Source of the DNA: an uncultured Gammaproteobacteria bacterium | Lineage (GTDB): Bacteria > Patescibacteriota > Patescibacteriia > Magasanikbacterales > GCA-002688135 | Direction of reading: 5' to 3' | NCBI GenBank assembly: GCA_964536205.1 | Contig: CAZHVT010000001.1 | Coordinates: forward strand, 69,944-133,943 | DNA: 64,000 nt | Shown here: positions 18,403 to 27,505 of the stretch, in pieces | Layout: every line of letters starts with the position of its first letter | How positions within the stretch are numbered: the stretch's first letter is position 1 | Program-made: the position numbers and the translations under genes | Notes under the pieces: generated by a model | What the model was told of the DNA's origin: nothing | The model's input: the letters and a program-made list of their open reading frames with translations, nothing else | Database searches by the model: none

Positions 18403-18759
18403 GTGTTGAGTAGAGAATTTTTCTGGTTTTGTTTGTCGTCTGCCCCGCTTGCTGTAGTGTGTTTGTTGGTGCTATGCACTTTTCTCAAAAGTTATGTACA
18501 GAGTACTGCGCCGACGCATTTGTGGTTTGCGTTTGCTTCGATTGGGTTTTCCGTTTGGTGGCTTGGCGTTGTCGGGATGATCTTTGGTGTGATGGAATTT
18601 GAGCGTGGTGTTGCTGATTGGTGGATGTCGTGCGGTTCTGGATTTGGGCTTGTTCTGCTTTCATCTGTGATCATGTTTGAGGCAGGTCGTGAATGGGAGC
18701 GCCATCGTGTTTTTCCGAGTGCTCTTTCTGGGAAATTGGTAATCAGACGACTTCGTTAG
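18403..18759 (+). CDS. Hypothetical Trp-rich integral membrane protein (about 118 aa, 3-4 TM), module-type gene
   Basis: TATTGACA promoter at about 18347, GGGAGG RBS 5 nt before an in-frame GTG. Followed by hairpin terminator 18762-18786. Confidence 0.4.
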   Translation: MLSREFFWFCLSSAPLAVVCLLVLCTFLKSYVQSTAPTHLWFAFASIGFSVWWLGVVGMIFGVMEFERGVADWWMSCGSGFGLVLLSSVIMFEAGREWERHRVFPSALSGKLVIRRLR

Positions 18760-18915
18760 AATCCGCTTACGAGCGGGTTTTTTATTGATCCTTTTTCGCT
18801 AACCTTTCTTCGCCAAAGCTACGAAGGACAGGAGCTGCGAAAGACAAACAAATTGATTGACAAAATAATTAGATGGGAATATGGTGTTGGCATTGTTCAT
18901 TCAAAGGAGAGTGTT

Positions 18916-19476
18916 GTGGCAGAAGATGTTGCATTGAGGTATTATTTTTTTTGTCGATGTGCGGTGTTTGCGTTGTGGATTTTTATGGGGACTTTATTTA
19001 TCTTGTTCCTTGCTGCGTTTCAAGCTGGATTATCCGAAGAAAATCCTGAAATGTATGTTGGTTTTGGACTCGATTTTACTCAAGTTCATTCGATAGTATT
19101 CTTAATGGGATTGTCAAGTGTTCTTACAATATTGATTTGTACTCATCATGTTGTGTTCATGAAAAAAAAGGAATCATTTTTTCCGCATGGTGAGGAGTTG
19201 GAAAATTTGATGATTTTAGGAGCATCTCGTCGCATGATGTGGTTATTGATTGGGGGCTTTTGTTGTATGTTTATGACTCAAGGCTTTGCGGTTCATTTGC
19301 GACAGTTTATGTTTGGGGATACGGTTTTGGGCGATATCGAGTTCGAGTTTGTATTTCGGGTTGTTGAGCCGATGCTTGCTTTTGCAGTCTTGAGTTATAC
19401 GATGTTTATGGCTTTTGTGCATGTGAAGTTTTTTGAGCATGAGGCGTATCATGTGATGGAACAAAAAACGTCCTAG
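18916..19476 (+). CDS. Hypothetical integral membrane protein (about 186 aa)
   Basis: ORF-track ORF 18853..19476 begins within a promoter-like TTGATTGACA. AAAGGAGAG RBS precedes an in-frame GTG. Ends at a bidirectional terminator (19478-19500) shared with recA. Confidence 0.4.
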   Translation: MAEDVALRYYFFCRCAVFALWIFMGTLFILFLAAFQAGLSEENPEMYVGFGLDFTQVHSIVFLMGLSSVLTILICTHHVVFMKKKESFFPHGEELENLMILGASRRMMWLLIGGFCCMFMTQGFAVHLRQFMFGDTVLGDIEFEFVFRVVEPMLAFAVLSYTMFMAFVHVKFFEHEAYHVMEQKTS

Positions 19477-19477
19477 C

Positions 19478-19500
19478 GGGTGCAGGACGTTTTTTTATTT
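19478..19500. terminator. Bidirectional terminator between the 18916 membrane-protein gene (+) and recA (-)
   Basis: gtcctagcgggtgcaggacgttttttt. Confidence 0.6.
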
Positions 19501-19502
19501 GT

Positions 19503-20558
19503 TTAGGCTGGGGTTGGTTCAGGTTTCTTTTTTGTTTTCTTTACCACTTCTGGTTCGGCGCCCATTTCTTTTCTGACGAGTTCGTCCATAACTGCTTTTC
19601 GGATATCCATCATAACTTGCGGTGCGCCTCGTAAGAATGATTTGGTGACTTCGCGGCCGACGCCGAGTTTGAGGTCGTTGAATGAGTAGGTGTTTCCTCG
19701 TTTTGAGATGACTCCTTGCGCGACTCCTACATCGAGTGTGTCTCCTGAAACTGAAATTCCTTCGTTATACATGATATCGAACTCTGTTGTTCTAAATGGT
19801 GGAGCAACTTTATTTTTTACGATTTTCATTTTGACTCTGTTTCCTACAACCTTATCTGCTTGTTTAATTTGTGCTGATCGTCGAACTTCGACGCGAACAG
19901 AGCAGTAAAATTTTAGTGCGTTTCCACCGGTGGTTGTTTCTGGATTTCCAAATACAATACCGATTTTCATTCTTGTTTGATTGATGAAAATGACGGTTGT
20001 TTTTGTTTTGGCAACAATTCCGGTGAGTTTACGAAGTGCTTGTGACATGAGTCGAGCTTGCAATCCCATGTGTGATGCACCCATATCTCCGTCGATTTCT
20101 GCTTTGGGAACAAGAGCTGCGACTGAATCAACAACCACCACATCAACTGCATTTGAACGTACGAGTGTTTCTAAAATTTCTAATGCTTGTTCTCCGTTGT
20201 CTGGTTGTGAGATGAGCATCTCCTCAATATTCACTCCGATCATTTTTGAATATTCGGGATCGAGCGCGTGTTCTGCATCGATGAAAGCTGCAAGTCCACC
20301 TTCTTTTTGGACTTGTGCGACGGTGTGTAGGGCAAGTGAGGTTTTTCCGGATGCTTCTGGGCCGTAGATTTCGATAATTCTTCCGCGTGGGAATCCACGT
20401 CCTCCGAGTGCGATATCAACTGAAAGCGCACCTGTTGAAATTCCCTCGACTGTCATTTTTTTCGCTTCACCTAATTTCATGATTGAGCCATCTCCGAATC
20501 TTTGTCGGATTTGATCGATTGCGCTGTCGAGTACTGCCTGCTTTTCTTTGTCGGACAT
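19503..20558 (-). CDS. recA: Recombinase RecA
   Basis: 351 aa. Walker [15 protein letters not shown]1/L2 loop regions and conserved C-terminal domain. Unmistakable RecA. Confidence 0.95.
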   Translation of the reverse strand: MSDKEKQAVLDSAIDQIRQRFGDGSIMKLGEAKKMTVEGISTGALSVDIALGGRGFPRGRIIEIYGPEASGKTSLALHTVAQVQKEGGLAAFIDAEHALDPEYSKMIGVNIEEMLISQPDNGEQALEILETLVRSNAVDVVVVDSVAALVPKAEIDGDMGASHMGLQARLMSQALRKLTGIVAKTKTTVIFINQTRMKIGIVFGNPETTTGGNALKFYCSVRVEVRRSAQIKQADKVVGNRVKMKIVKNKVAPPFRTTEFDIMYNEGISVSGDTLDVGVAQGVISKRGNTYSFNDLKLGVGREVTKSFLRGAPQVMMDIRKAVMDELVRKEMGAEPEVVKKTKKKPEPTPA

Positions 20559-20577
20559 ATGATTTTAACCTCCTAGT

Positions 20578-20706
20578 TAAAATAGTAAAGTGTAATGAGT
20601 AATGCGTAAAGCGTAAGTAAGCAGTGTCGCCGAAGGCGACGTATTAATAGATCGCCTTCGGCAATACCGTTGCCCTCATTACTCTTTACGCATTACTCTT
20701 TACGAT
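20578..20706. repeat. Family-B palindromic element between recA and the RodZ-like gene
   Basis: agtaaagtgtaatgagtaatgcgtaaagcgtaagtaagcagtgtcgccgaaggcgacg...cgccttcggcaataccgttgccctcattactctttacgcattactctttacg. Confidence 0.65.
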
Positions 20707-20709
20707 GTT

Positions 20710-21390
20710 TTATAATTGTGTCGCTTCTAAATTTCGCTGTGCACTTTGTGTATCTTCCGGCATGTAGAGCACTGACCGTGTCGCATTAGCTTTTCCGCCT
20801 CGTTTTGATGTTGCTTCGATTATGATTTCATTCAATCCTCGTTTGAGATGAATGGTTTCTTCGAAATGTCCTTGTTTGTCCAGATTTGTTTTTAAGCCAT
20901 TTAATGTAACGGTTGATTCTGGTTCTGTTGATCCCGCGATGGTGATGGCACTGTGTGATGTTTCAAAATTTTCTGCAGGATCGGTTATGGTGAGTGCTGG
21001 TGGGCCGATCATGGCGTGAACTTCCATGCCGAGGTATAGCGCGAGGGAAAGCACAGCTCCGGTTGCTAATAATGTTCTCATGACATTTGGGATGGAAAAT
21101 GATCTTTGTTTTTTTCTGATTTTTGGTGCTTCGTGCTTGTGTTCAATTTGATACATAACATCCTCCAATTCGATTTCATCAATTCCACATGTGCGCGCGT
21201 ATTCTTTGACGATTGTTTTTCTGGCGCTTCCTGCTGGAAGTTTGTCGTATTCACAATTTTCAAGTGCATGAATATGGGTCAGGGCGATGCCTGAAGCCTG
21301 CGAACATTTTTTAATTGATATACCGGAGCGCTCACGAATTTGTTTGAGGCGAACGCACAGTTTATTTTTTTTCATAGCAGGAATTATCAA
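20710..21390 (-). CDS. HTH (XRE-type) domain bitopic membrane protein, RodZ-like
   Basis: N-terminal HTH (LKQIRERSGISIKKCSQASGIALTHIHALE), a single TM helix (LLATGAVLSLALYL) and an extracytoplasmic C-terminal domain. This architecture resembles the cytoskeletal protein RodZ. Confidence 0.5.
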   Translation of the reverse strand: MIIPAMKKNKLCVRLKQIRERSGISIKKCSQASGIALTHIHALENCEYDKLPAGSARKTIVKEYARTCGIDEIELEDVMYQIEHKHEAPKIRKKQRSFSIPNVMRTLLATGAVLSLALYLGMEVHAMIGPPALTITDPAENFETSHSAITIAGSTEPESTVTLNGLKTNLDKQGHFEETIHLKRGLNEIIIEATSKRGGKANATRSVLYMPEDTQSAQRNLEATQL

Positions 21391-21391
21391 T

Positions 21392-21516
21392 TTCCAAATT
21401 CCAATTTACAAACAAATTTTAAATTTCAAATCTCAAGCGTCTGGTTGCTGAGTTTAGGATTTGAATTTTAGAATTTGAACTTTGTTTGTAAATTGTTATT
21501 TGGAGTTTGGTCATTG
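21392..21516. repeat. Family-E AT-rich long palindrome between ftsK and the RodZ-like gene
   Basis: ccaaattccaatttacaaacaaattttaaatttcaaatctcaa ... ttgaactttgtttgtaaattgttatttggagtttgg. Confidence 0.6.
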
Positions 21517-23847
21517 TTATTGTAGCTCCTCGTAGTCTTCCTCCTCGTCGGTTTCTTCGTTTTCTTCCCATTCCTCATCATCTTCATTTTCTTCCTCTTC
21601 CTCATCTATACTATCATCAACCTCTGATGTCATCAAGATTTCTCGAGGTTTTGAGCCTTGTGATGGTCCTATGATTCCAGCCTCTTCCAGCATGTCTAAT
21701 AATCGAGCTGCGCGCGCGTATCCAACTTTCAATCTGCGTTGTAGATATGATGCAGATGCTTTGCCAGCAGCTATGACTAATTCTCGAGCTTCATGATAGA
21801 GAGGGTCGTCGGCAGTATCGACAGATTTTCCGAATAAGGTGGTTTGCTTGGAATGTTGTGTGATGGCGTCGTCATAAACTGGCACATCATCATGTTTAAT
21901 AAAGTTGATGATTTTCTTCAATTCTTCTTCTGAAATAAATGCACCTTGAATACGTCGTGGTTTTGAGATCTGCGCGTTTTGGAACAGCATATCCCCACGT
22001 CCGACGAGTTTTTCTGCGCCAGCGGAATCGAGGATGGTTCTTGAATCAACTAATGATGAAACGGAGAATGCGATGCGACCTGGAATGTTTGCTTTCAATA
22101 ATCCGGTAATGACATCAACTGATGGGCGCTGTGTTGCGAGAATTAAATGGATGCCGACGGCGCGTGCCATTTGAGCGAGACGAATAATACCACCTTCAAC
22201 TTCATTTCCGGCAGCGATCATCAAATCTGCTAACTCATCAACGACGAAAATGATGACCGGCAATGATTGGCCGCCTTTTCGTTTCATTGCTTTGTTGTAG
22301 GAAGTGATGTCTCGTTTTTTTGCTTTTGAGAGCAAGTCGAAACGACGTTCCATTTCACCGATAGTCCATTTGAGCGCATTGACTGTTTTTGAAACTTCGG
22401 TGATTACTGGAGTAAGAAGATGAGGAATTCCATTATAAAGTGGTAACTCAACTCGTTTTGGATCCACAAGAATCATTCGCAATTCTTGTGGTGAGTGCTG
22501 AAAAATTAAACTCGTGAGAATTGTATTTACACATACTGTTTTTCCAGAACCAGTTGCTCCTGCGATGAGAAGGTGAGGCATGGATGGAAGATGTGCGAAC
22601 ATTGGTTTTCCGCTGACATCTTTTCCAAGTGCGATGTGATATCTGTTTTGTACATCTTCAAAATCATCATGAGATAATAAATCGCATAATGTAACAGTTG
22701 CTGTTTTTTGATTGGGCACCTCGATTCCTACCAATGATTTTCCTGGAATAGGAGCTTCAATACGAATTGGATGTGCTGCGAGCGCGAGCGAAAGATCATT
22801 GCACAAGCCAGTAATTTTTGTGAGCTTTACTCCGTCAGATGGTCGCAGGGTGTATTGTGTGACAGTTGGGCCAACACGTGTATCTCCCATTTCAACATCA
22901 ATACCAAAATTCGCAAATGTTTTTTGGATGATGTGTGTGTTGTTTTTTATATCTCCTGCTTTGGCGGATGATGTTGATCGTTTTAAGAGTGATACTGGCG
23001 GGAATCTGTATTCTTTGATTTCAACCTCTTCAGCTTCTTCTTCATCTTGTTCTTCGTATTCTGCTGGATCTTCCTCTTCCTCTTCTTCCTCCTCCTCTTC
23101 TGGTTCGTCATCTTCCTCCTCCTCTTCTTCTTCGTTCTTGTTTTTTCCAAATGCCAAAATTCGTCTCATGAAAGGTTGTTTTTCATCGTCTTCATATTCG
23201 TAGTCGTCCTCCTCTTCTTCGTCCTCATCTTCTTCCTCTTCATTGCGTCTGCGGAATTGTGCGAGAGGACCGTTTCCTTTGTGTGGCATGAGTAGTGCGA
23301 ACAGCGATGTTTTAAAGATGAATAGTAATCCTGCTAAAAGTAGTGCTGCCCCAATCACAGCGGTTGCAACCATTCCGATGTATTGGACGGTGAATACGGT
23401 GAGATAGTGTCCGAGTAATCCTCCGCCGAATCCATCGCGTGCTGCTGTGATTGATTGATCGCCGACGAGAATTAAATGAAGAAGTGCGGCGATACCGAGA
23501 GATAATAGGAGTGCGCCAATGAGATGTGTGGCATCCAAACCTTCGTCATCATCCTCTTCCTCTTCATCGTCGTGAGCAAAATGGATTGGATCAGATTTGT
23601 ATGCAATGAGAAATAAGATAAATGGGAAAACGTATCGAAGTAATCCGATTCCTTTTGCGAGAATGAGATCCGCTGTTTCTCCGAATTGTCCTGCAAGTCC
23701 TAAAAATGACAATATAATTAGGATTCCGAGTGTTACGAATCCTAATGCGATCAGTCCTTTTTTGAGGGCTGGAGAGATTGAGCGAGGTTCTGGTTGAGAT
23801 CTTCTGCGTCTTCTTGGCATAAAAGAGAAAAGTAATTGAGTGAACAC
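21517..23847 (-). CDS. ftsK: DNA translocase FtsK/SpoIIIE
   Basis: N-terminal 4-TM domain, long poly-Glu/Asp low-complexity linker, motor domain with Walker A GATGSGKTVCVN, C-terminal gamma winged-helix (YLQRRLKVGYARAARLLDMLEEAGIIGP). Confidence 0.9.
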   Translation of the reverse strand: MFTQLLFSFMPRRRRRSQPEPRSISPALKKGLIALGFVTLGILIILSFLGLAGQFGETADLILAKGIGLLRYVFPFILFLIAYKSDPIHFAHDDEEEEDDDEGLDATHLIGALLLSLGIAALLHLILVGDQSITAARDGFGGGLLGHYLTVFTVQYIGMVATAVIGAALLLAGLLFIFKTSLFALLMPHKGNGPLAQFRRRNEEEEDEDEEEEDDYEYEDDEKQPFMRRILAFGKNKNEEEEEEEDDEPEEEEEEEEEEDPAEYEEQDEEEAEEVEIKEYRFPPVSLLKRSTSSAKAGDIKNNTHIIQKTFANFGIDVEMGDTRVGPTVTQYTLRPSDGVKLTKITGLCNDLSLALAAHPIRIEAPIPGKSLVGIEVPNQKTATVTLCDLLSHDDFEDVQNRYHIALGKDVSGKPMFAHLPSMPHLLIAGATGSGKTVCVNTILTSLIFQHSPQELRMILVDPKRVELPLYNGIPHLLTPVITEVSKTVNALKWTIGEMERRFDLLSKAKKRDITSYNKAMKRKGGQSLPVIIFVVDELADLMIAAGNEVEGGIIRLAQMARAVGIHLILATQRPSVDVITGLLKANIPGRIAFSVSSLVDSRTILDSAGAEKLVGRGDMLFQNAQISKPRRIQGAFISEEELKKIINFIKHDDVPVYDDAITQHSKQTTLFGKSVDTADDPLYHEARELVIAAGKASASYLQRRLKVGYARAARLLDMLEEAGIIGPSQGSKPREILMTSEVDDSIDEEEEENEDDEEWEENEETDEEEDYEELQ

Positions 23848-24177
23848 TCAATTTGTTCTTTATAGTATACTCTCAATGACCGTTTATTTCCATAGGAGAT
23901 CTGTGCATGATCGTGAATTTTTTTATCCACACATTTGTGTTGACGATTTTTTCAGATTAGCGCATTATGTTTGCACGATCGTTAGGATTTATATTTAAAA
24001 ATATATTTTTGTTAGTTAATTGCTGCGTGCGTGTGCAACATTACGTACAACACAGTGCCCGGCTATTCGGCAATATATCGAAAGTTCGGTACGCTGTTTG
24101 TATGTCGTTGAACATGTTTGCAGCAATTAGCCAATAAAAGAAACTGCCTACCGGCAGTTTTTTGTTATACTGATGTT

Positions 24178-24774
24178 ATGAAATCTTTGGCGTATACGAA
24201 GGAGAGGGAATTATCTCGGCTGGGGTTTGTTTGTGTTGCGGGGGTTGATGAGGTTGGGGCGGGGGCTTTGGCTGGGGATGTATTTGCTGCGGCGGTGGTT
24301 TTGAAGCCAGGGACTCGCTTGAAGGGGGTGCAGGATAGTAAGCGGTTATCTGCGAGTGCGCGGGAATATTGGGATGTGATTATTCGTGAGAAAGCTGTGG
24401 GGTGGGCGATGGGCCGTGCGACTCCTCAAGAGATTGATGAGATTAATATTCGGCAGGCTTCTTTTTTGGCGATGCGGCGAGCTTTATCAAAATTGGATGA
24501 TGTTGATCATGTGTTGTGTGATGGATTTATTATTCCTCAGCTTTCTGTTTCGTGTACGCGTATTATCAAGGGTGATACAAAAATAAAATCTATTGCGGCT
24601 GCGTCTATTGTTGCGAAAGTTGCGCGCGATGCGTATATGTGTGAGTTAGCAATAAAATTTCCACAGTATGGATTTGAACGTCATAAAGGATATGGTACGC
24701 TGATGCATAGAGATGCAATTGCGAAATTTGGGATGTTAGACATTCATCGAAAGACATTTTGCAGAAATATATGA
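24178..24774 (+). CDS. rnhB: Ribonuclease HII
   Basis: GVDEVGAGALAGDVFAAAVVL catalytic motif typical of RNase HII. Start moved to MKSLAYTKE because 24118-24177 contains a terminator hairpin. Confidence 0.85.
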   Translation: MKSLAYTKERELSRLGFVCVAGVDEVGAGALAGDVFAAAVVLKPGTRLKGVQDSKRLSASAREYWDVIIREKAVGWAMGRATPQEIDEINIRQASFLAMRRALSKLDDVDHVLCDGFIIPQLSVSCTRIIKGDTKIKSIAAASIVAKVARDAYMCELAIKFPQYGFERHKGYGTLMHRDAIAKFGMLDIHRKTFCRNI

Positions 24775-25064
24775 CAGAGAAATTTGATCCAAACATTGAT
24801 ACTTCATTCGAGCAGCGAAAAAAGGAGTTGGAGGATGAAGGGTATACGTTTGTTGCTACCGAATCATTGACAACATTTAAATTTGTTGATGGGCGCTTTT
24901 TAGCAGTACCTGTTTGTACGAAAGAAGAGGTGGTGCGTAAATACGTTGATCAATGGAAAGATCGAGTTGAGATTGACGTGGTTTTGATTGATCAAGTTCT
25001 CGATCAGAAACAAGAGGCAGTGTATGTTTTTATGAGACCAAAACAGGAAAGTGAAAAGGGCTAG
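24759..25064 (+). CDS. Hypothetical protein (101 aa)
   Basis: ORF overlapping the rnhB stop by 16 nt. No motif. Possibly translationally coupled. Confidence 0.4.
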   Translation: MQKYMTEKFDPNIDTSFEQRKKELEDEGYTFVATESLTTFKFVDGRFLAVPVCTKEEVVRKYVDQWKDRVEIDVVLIDQVLDQKQEAVYVFMRPKQESEKG

Positions 25065-25192
25065 TTATCACAAAACAAAAACCCCGCGTAAACGGAGTTT
25101 TGCTCGAATCTTAGGAAGATCCAAGATCTGCTTCAGCAAGCACGTAAACTGTAACTATATTTACACGACTTGTCAAGTGAGATCTATGTCCA

Positions 25193-25262
25193 TGGAGCTG
25201 CGGGGAATTGAACCCCGAAGACTCTGCTTGCTGAAGCAGGTCTCGGACCAACCCAGCCCCAC
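25193..25262 (-). ncRNA. tRNA-like element or tRNA pseudogene. Has an acceptor stem (GGGGCUG/CAGCUCC, one G-U) and a canonical T-arm (CGGGG-UUCAAUU-CCCCG), but no canonical anticodon arm (6-nt loop) and a shortened D region.
   Basis: Read on the minus strand: ggggctg-ggttggtccgagacc-ctgct/tcagca/agcag-agtctt-cggggttcaattccccg-cagctcc-a. The 5' and 3' ends resemble tmRNA/tRNA-Ala ends. Flanked by a 15-bp inverted repeat (25127-25141 vs 25227-25241). Coordinates +/-2. Confidence 0.25.
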
Positions 25263-25335
25263 GGTATTAATATTTTAACATGTTGTAACATTCAGACAAC
25301 AAAATATTTGTCAAGTGTATTGCAGCTTCATCTAT

Positions 25336-25947
25336 ATGAAAAAAATATTATTTATAGCGAGTGTTGTTTTGTTGGGAGCTGGATGTGGTGCAGAGGATCC
25401 AAATCCAAAGGTTGATGGTTATGCGCCGTCTGTTGATGAGCCGATTGAGGAAGTGGTTGAGGAGAAGACTGAAGAGGAGAAGGTTGCGCCAGAGATTGCT
25501 CCAGGGAAAGCGTCGACATTAGAAACTGATGATGGTTCTGGTATTCAGAGTTCTAAGGTTACTAAGCCGGTTGTTGAGGATGAGCCTGAAGATGAATCTG
25601 CGGATGAAGAGATTGCGCAGCCTCTGCCTCTTGTTGAGCCTCCGGTCGAACCTGCTGAAATTTCAGCTCCGGTTGTGAAATCATTTAATATTACAGCGAA
25701 GCAATGGGATTTTGTTCCGTCGACTGTTACGGTGAATAAAGGTGATACTGTTCGTATGACATTTACCAGTACTGATGTAACGCATGGTGTGAGTTTGGCG
25801 GCGTTTGGGGTGAATGAAAATTTGGTTCCTGGAAAATCTGTGACAGTTGAATTTGTTGCGGATAAAGCCGGGAATCATTCATTTATTTGTAATGTGTTTT
25901 GTGGGAGTGGACATTCTCATATGAGTGGAACATTGGTGGTTAAATAA
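25336..25947 (+). CDS. Cupredoxin-fold copper-binding lipoprotein with a CuA-like (cytochrome oxidase subunit II / N2OR-like) ligand motif
   Basis: Lipoprotein signal LLGAGCGA. Acidic linker. C-terminal domain with H...FICNVFCGSGHSHM, matching the CuA ligand pattern H-x(n)-C-x(3)-C-x(3)-H-x(2)-M. Confidence 0.6.
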   Translation: MKKILFIASVVLLGAGCGAEDPNPKVDGYAPSVDEPIEEVVEEKTEEEKVAPEIAPGKASTLETDDGSGIQSSKVTKPVVEDEPEDESADEEIAQPLPLVEPPVEPAEISAPVVKSFNITAKQWDFVPSTVTVNKGDTVRMTFTSTDVTHGVSLAAFGVNENLVPGKSVTVEFVADKAGNHSFICNVFCGSGHSHMSGTLVVK

Positions 25948-26071
25948 TTGAATTAAAAAACGGCTTTTGAAGGCCGTTTTTGTATTGACAGTGTTATGGT
26001 TATGTGGTACTGTCTTTTTGAGTTTCTTCGTATTGCCGCGGCTGCTGAACCAACGCATTATGGAGTAACTT

Positions 26072-26404
26072 ATGTTTATTGATCTTTACTGTGAGTGTGG
26101 AAATCCGAACTGTGAAAATACACATGTTCTTTTTCGGAAGGGTTATGTGCAGATCACAGATTTAGATGGCACGAAGCGTGAGCGTGGAGATTATTTCTAC
26201 GTTGATGCGTACAAGTGGAAGGAAGGCGATGCTGATACTACAAATGTAGAGATCATGTTGCCGCCGGAAGCTGCGCGCGCGTTGATGTGGTTTATGATTT
26301 CGACGTACATGCCAGTGCTGTCGCGACTGTATTGTTGGTGGCTTCGTGTGAGTTATCGATGGGACAGTTGGCGTTATCGGATTTTTAAACGCTTCAAAAA
26401 ATAG
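26072..26404 (+). CDS. Hypothetical protein (110 aa), module-type gene
   Basis: Terminator about 25958-25978, then TTGACA-17-TACTGT promoter (about 25986-26014). N-terminal Cys-x-Cys...Cys cluster. No known motif. Confidence 0.4.
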   Translation: MFIDLYCECGNPNCENTHVLFRKGYVQITDLDGTKRERGDYFYVDAYKWKEGDADTTNVEIMLPPEAARALMWFMISTYMPVLSRLYCWWLRVSYRWDSWRYRIFKRFKK

Positions 26405-26436
26405 ATCTGGCCTCCGGCGTTTGTCGGGGGTTTTTA

Positions 26437-27348
26437 TTATAAAATTTTAGAGCGTTTGAAATAAAGGTAGACAGAGAGCCAAATTAAAAGGAGGAATGCG
26501 ATGATGTATGCGAATGATAGTGGATTGTCTTGGAATGGGAGTGCGACGTTCATTCCGTAGAGTCCAGAGATTGCAGCGGGAATAGAAATGAAGATGGTTG
26601 CGATCGTGAGAACTTTCAAAATTTTGTTGAGTCGATTTGATGAGAGGACGAGTGTGTAATTTCTGATATTTGAAATTGTTTTCAAAGATGAGCGACACAT
26701 ATCTGCGCCTTGTTTTCCTTCAATGATTAAATCTTCGATTAAATCTTCGTCGTCTTCAAAGAAGTTGAGTCGTCGCATCATTCGTTCATAGACGAGGTTC
26801 ATGTAGTGATACGAAGTAACGAATGTATTTAAGACATCTTCATATTGAAGTAAATCTGATACATGTTTTTCATCCAGGGCATCTACAAGATTTCTTTCTC
26901 CTTGCACGCTTTTCACAATGCGTCGTGTGACTTTTTCAAATTCTCGATTCACGAGAGATAATATTGAGATGAGAGATTTAAGTTTTTGGGTGGTGACCAT
27001 TTTCATTTCACCATTCATGATTTTTTTGTAGAAACGCGGTTCGATTTTGGAGATGGTGATGATGTTATTTTCTGTGAGAATGATTAATAGTGTGTTGAGG
27101 TCTCGTTCGAATTTTGGTGGCATGATATTTACATAAACGTAATGTACGCCTTCTTCTTCCTCAATACGTGGTAACTCGAATTCATCTAATCCTCCGCGCA
27201 CATTAAATTCATCGAGATTGTGTGTTTCAACGAGTTTTTTGATTTCCTCATCTGTGGGGTTGATAACTGAAATCCACGAGCCGTGTGAGGGTTCTGTTAT
27301 TTCCTTTATTTTGTTGTCGCGAATAGTGCGCTTGTAATAGGAAATCAT
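26437..27348 (-). CDS. corA: Magnesium/cobalt transporter CorA
   Basis: C-terminal two TM helices with the GMN signature (YGMNVALPF). Start trimmed to an internal Met because the 5' part of the ORF overlaps a palindromic repeat. Confidence 0.8.
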   Translation of the reverse strand: MISYYKRTIRDNKIKEITEPSHGSWISVINPTDEEIKKLVETHNLDEFNVRGGLDEFELPRIEEEEGVHYVYVNIMPPKFERDLNTLLIILTENNIITISKIEPRFYKKIMNGEMKMVTTQKLKSLISILSLVNREFEKVTRRIVKSVQGERNLVDALDEKHVSDLLQYEDVLNTFVTSYHYMNLVYERMMRRLNFFEDDEDLIEDLIIEGKQGADMCRSSLKTISNIRNYTLVLSSNRLNKILKVLTIATIFISIPAAISGLYGMNVALPFQDNPLSFAYIIAFLLLIWLSVYLYFKRSKIL

Positions 27349-27354
27349 GGGTTT

Positions 27355-27500
27355 GGTATCTAGTATTTGGTATTTAGTATCTGGTATGCAGCTGCCTTTG
27401 AATGGCTTGATCTTAACATCGATACCTAATATACTCAACACTAACCACGTAATCACGAAGTGATATACTAAATACTAGATACCAAATACCATATACCAAT
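27355..27500. repeat. Family-F long palindrome (ggtatctagtatttggtatttagtatctggtat ... atactaaatactagataccaaatacc) between corA and galU
   Basis: Arms of about 30 bp separated by about 75 bp. The corA ORF-track N-terminus runs into it. Confidence 0.6.
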
Positions 27501-27505
27501 TTTTT

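Noticed and set aside
21517-23847. Poly-Glu/Asp tracts in FtsK as an acquired insert
   Set aside because: Low-complexity acidic linkers between the membrane and motor domains are a normal, length-variable feature of FtsK, so this is not considered anomalous.
25100-25600. Full-length tmRNA (ssrA) suggested by GGGGCUG...GGUUCAAUUCCCCGCAGCUCCA ends
   Set aside because: The two ends are only about 60 nt apart, and a conventional roughly 350-nt tmRNA would have to overlap the well-supported cupredoxin gene. It is retained only as a tRNA-like element.
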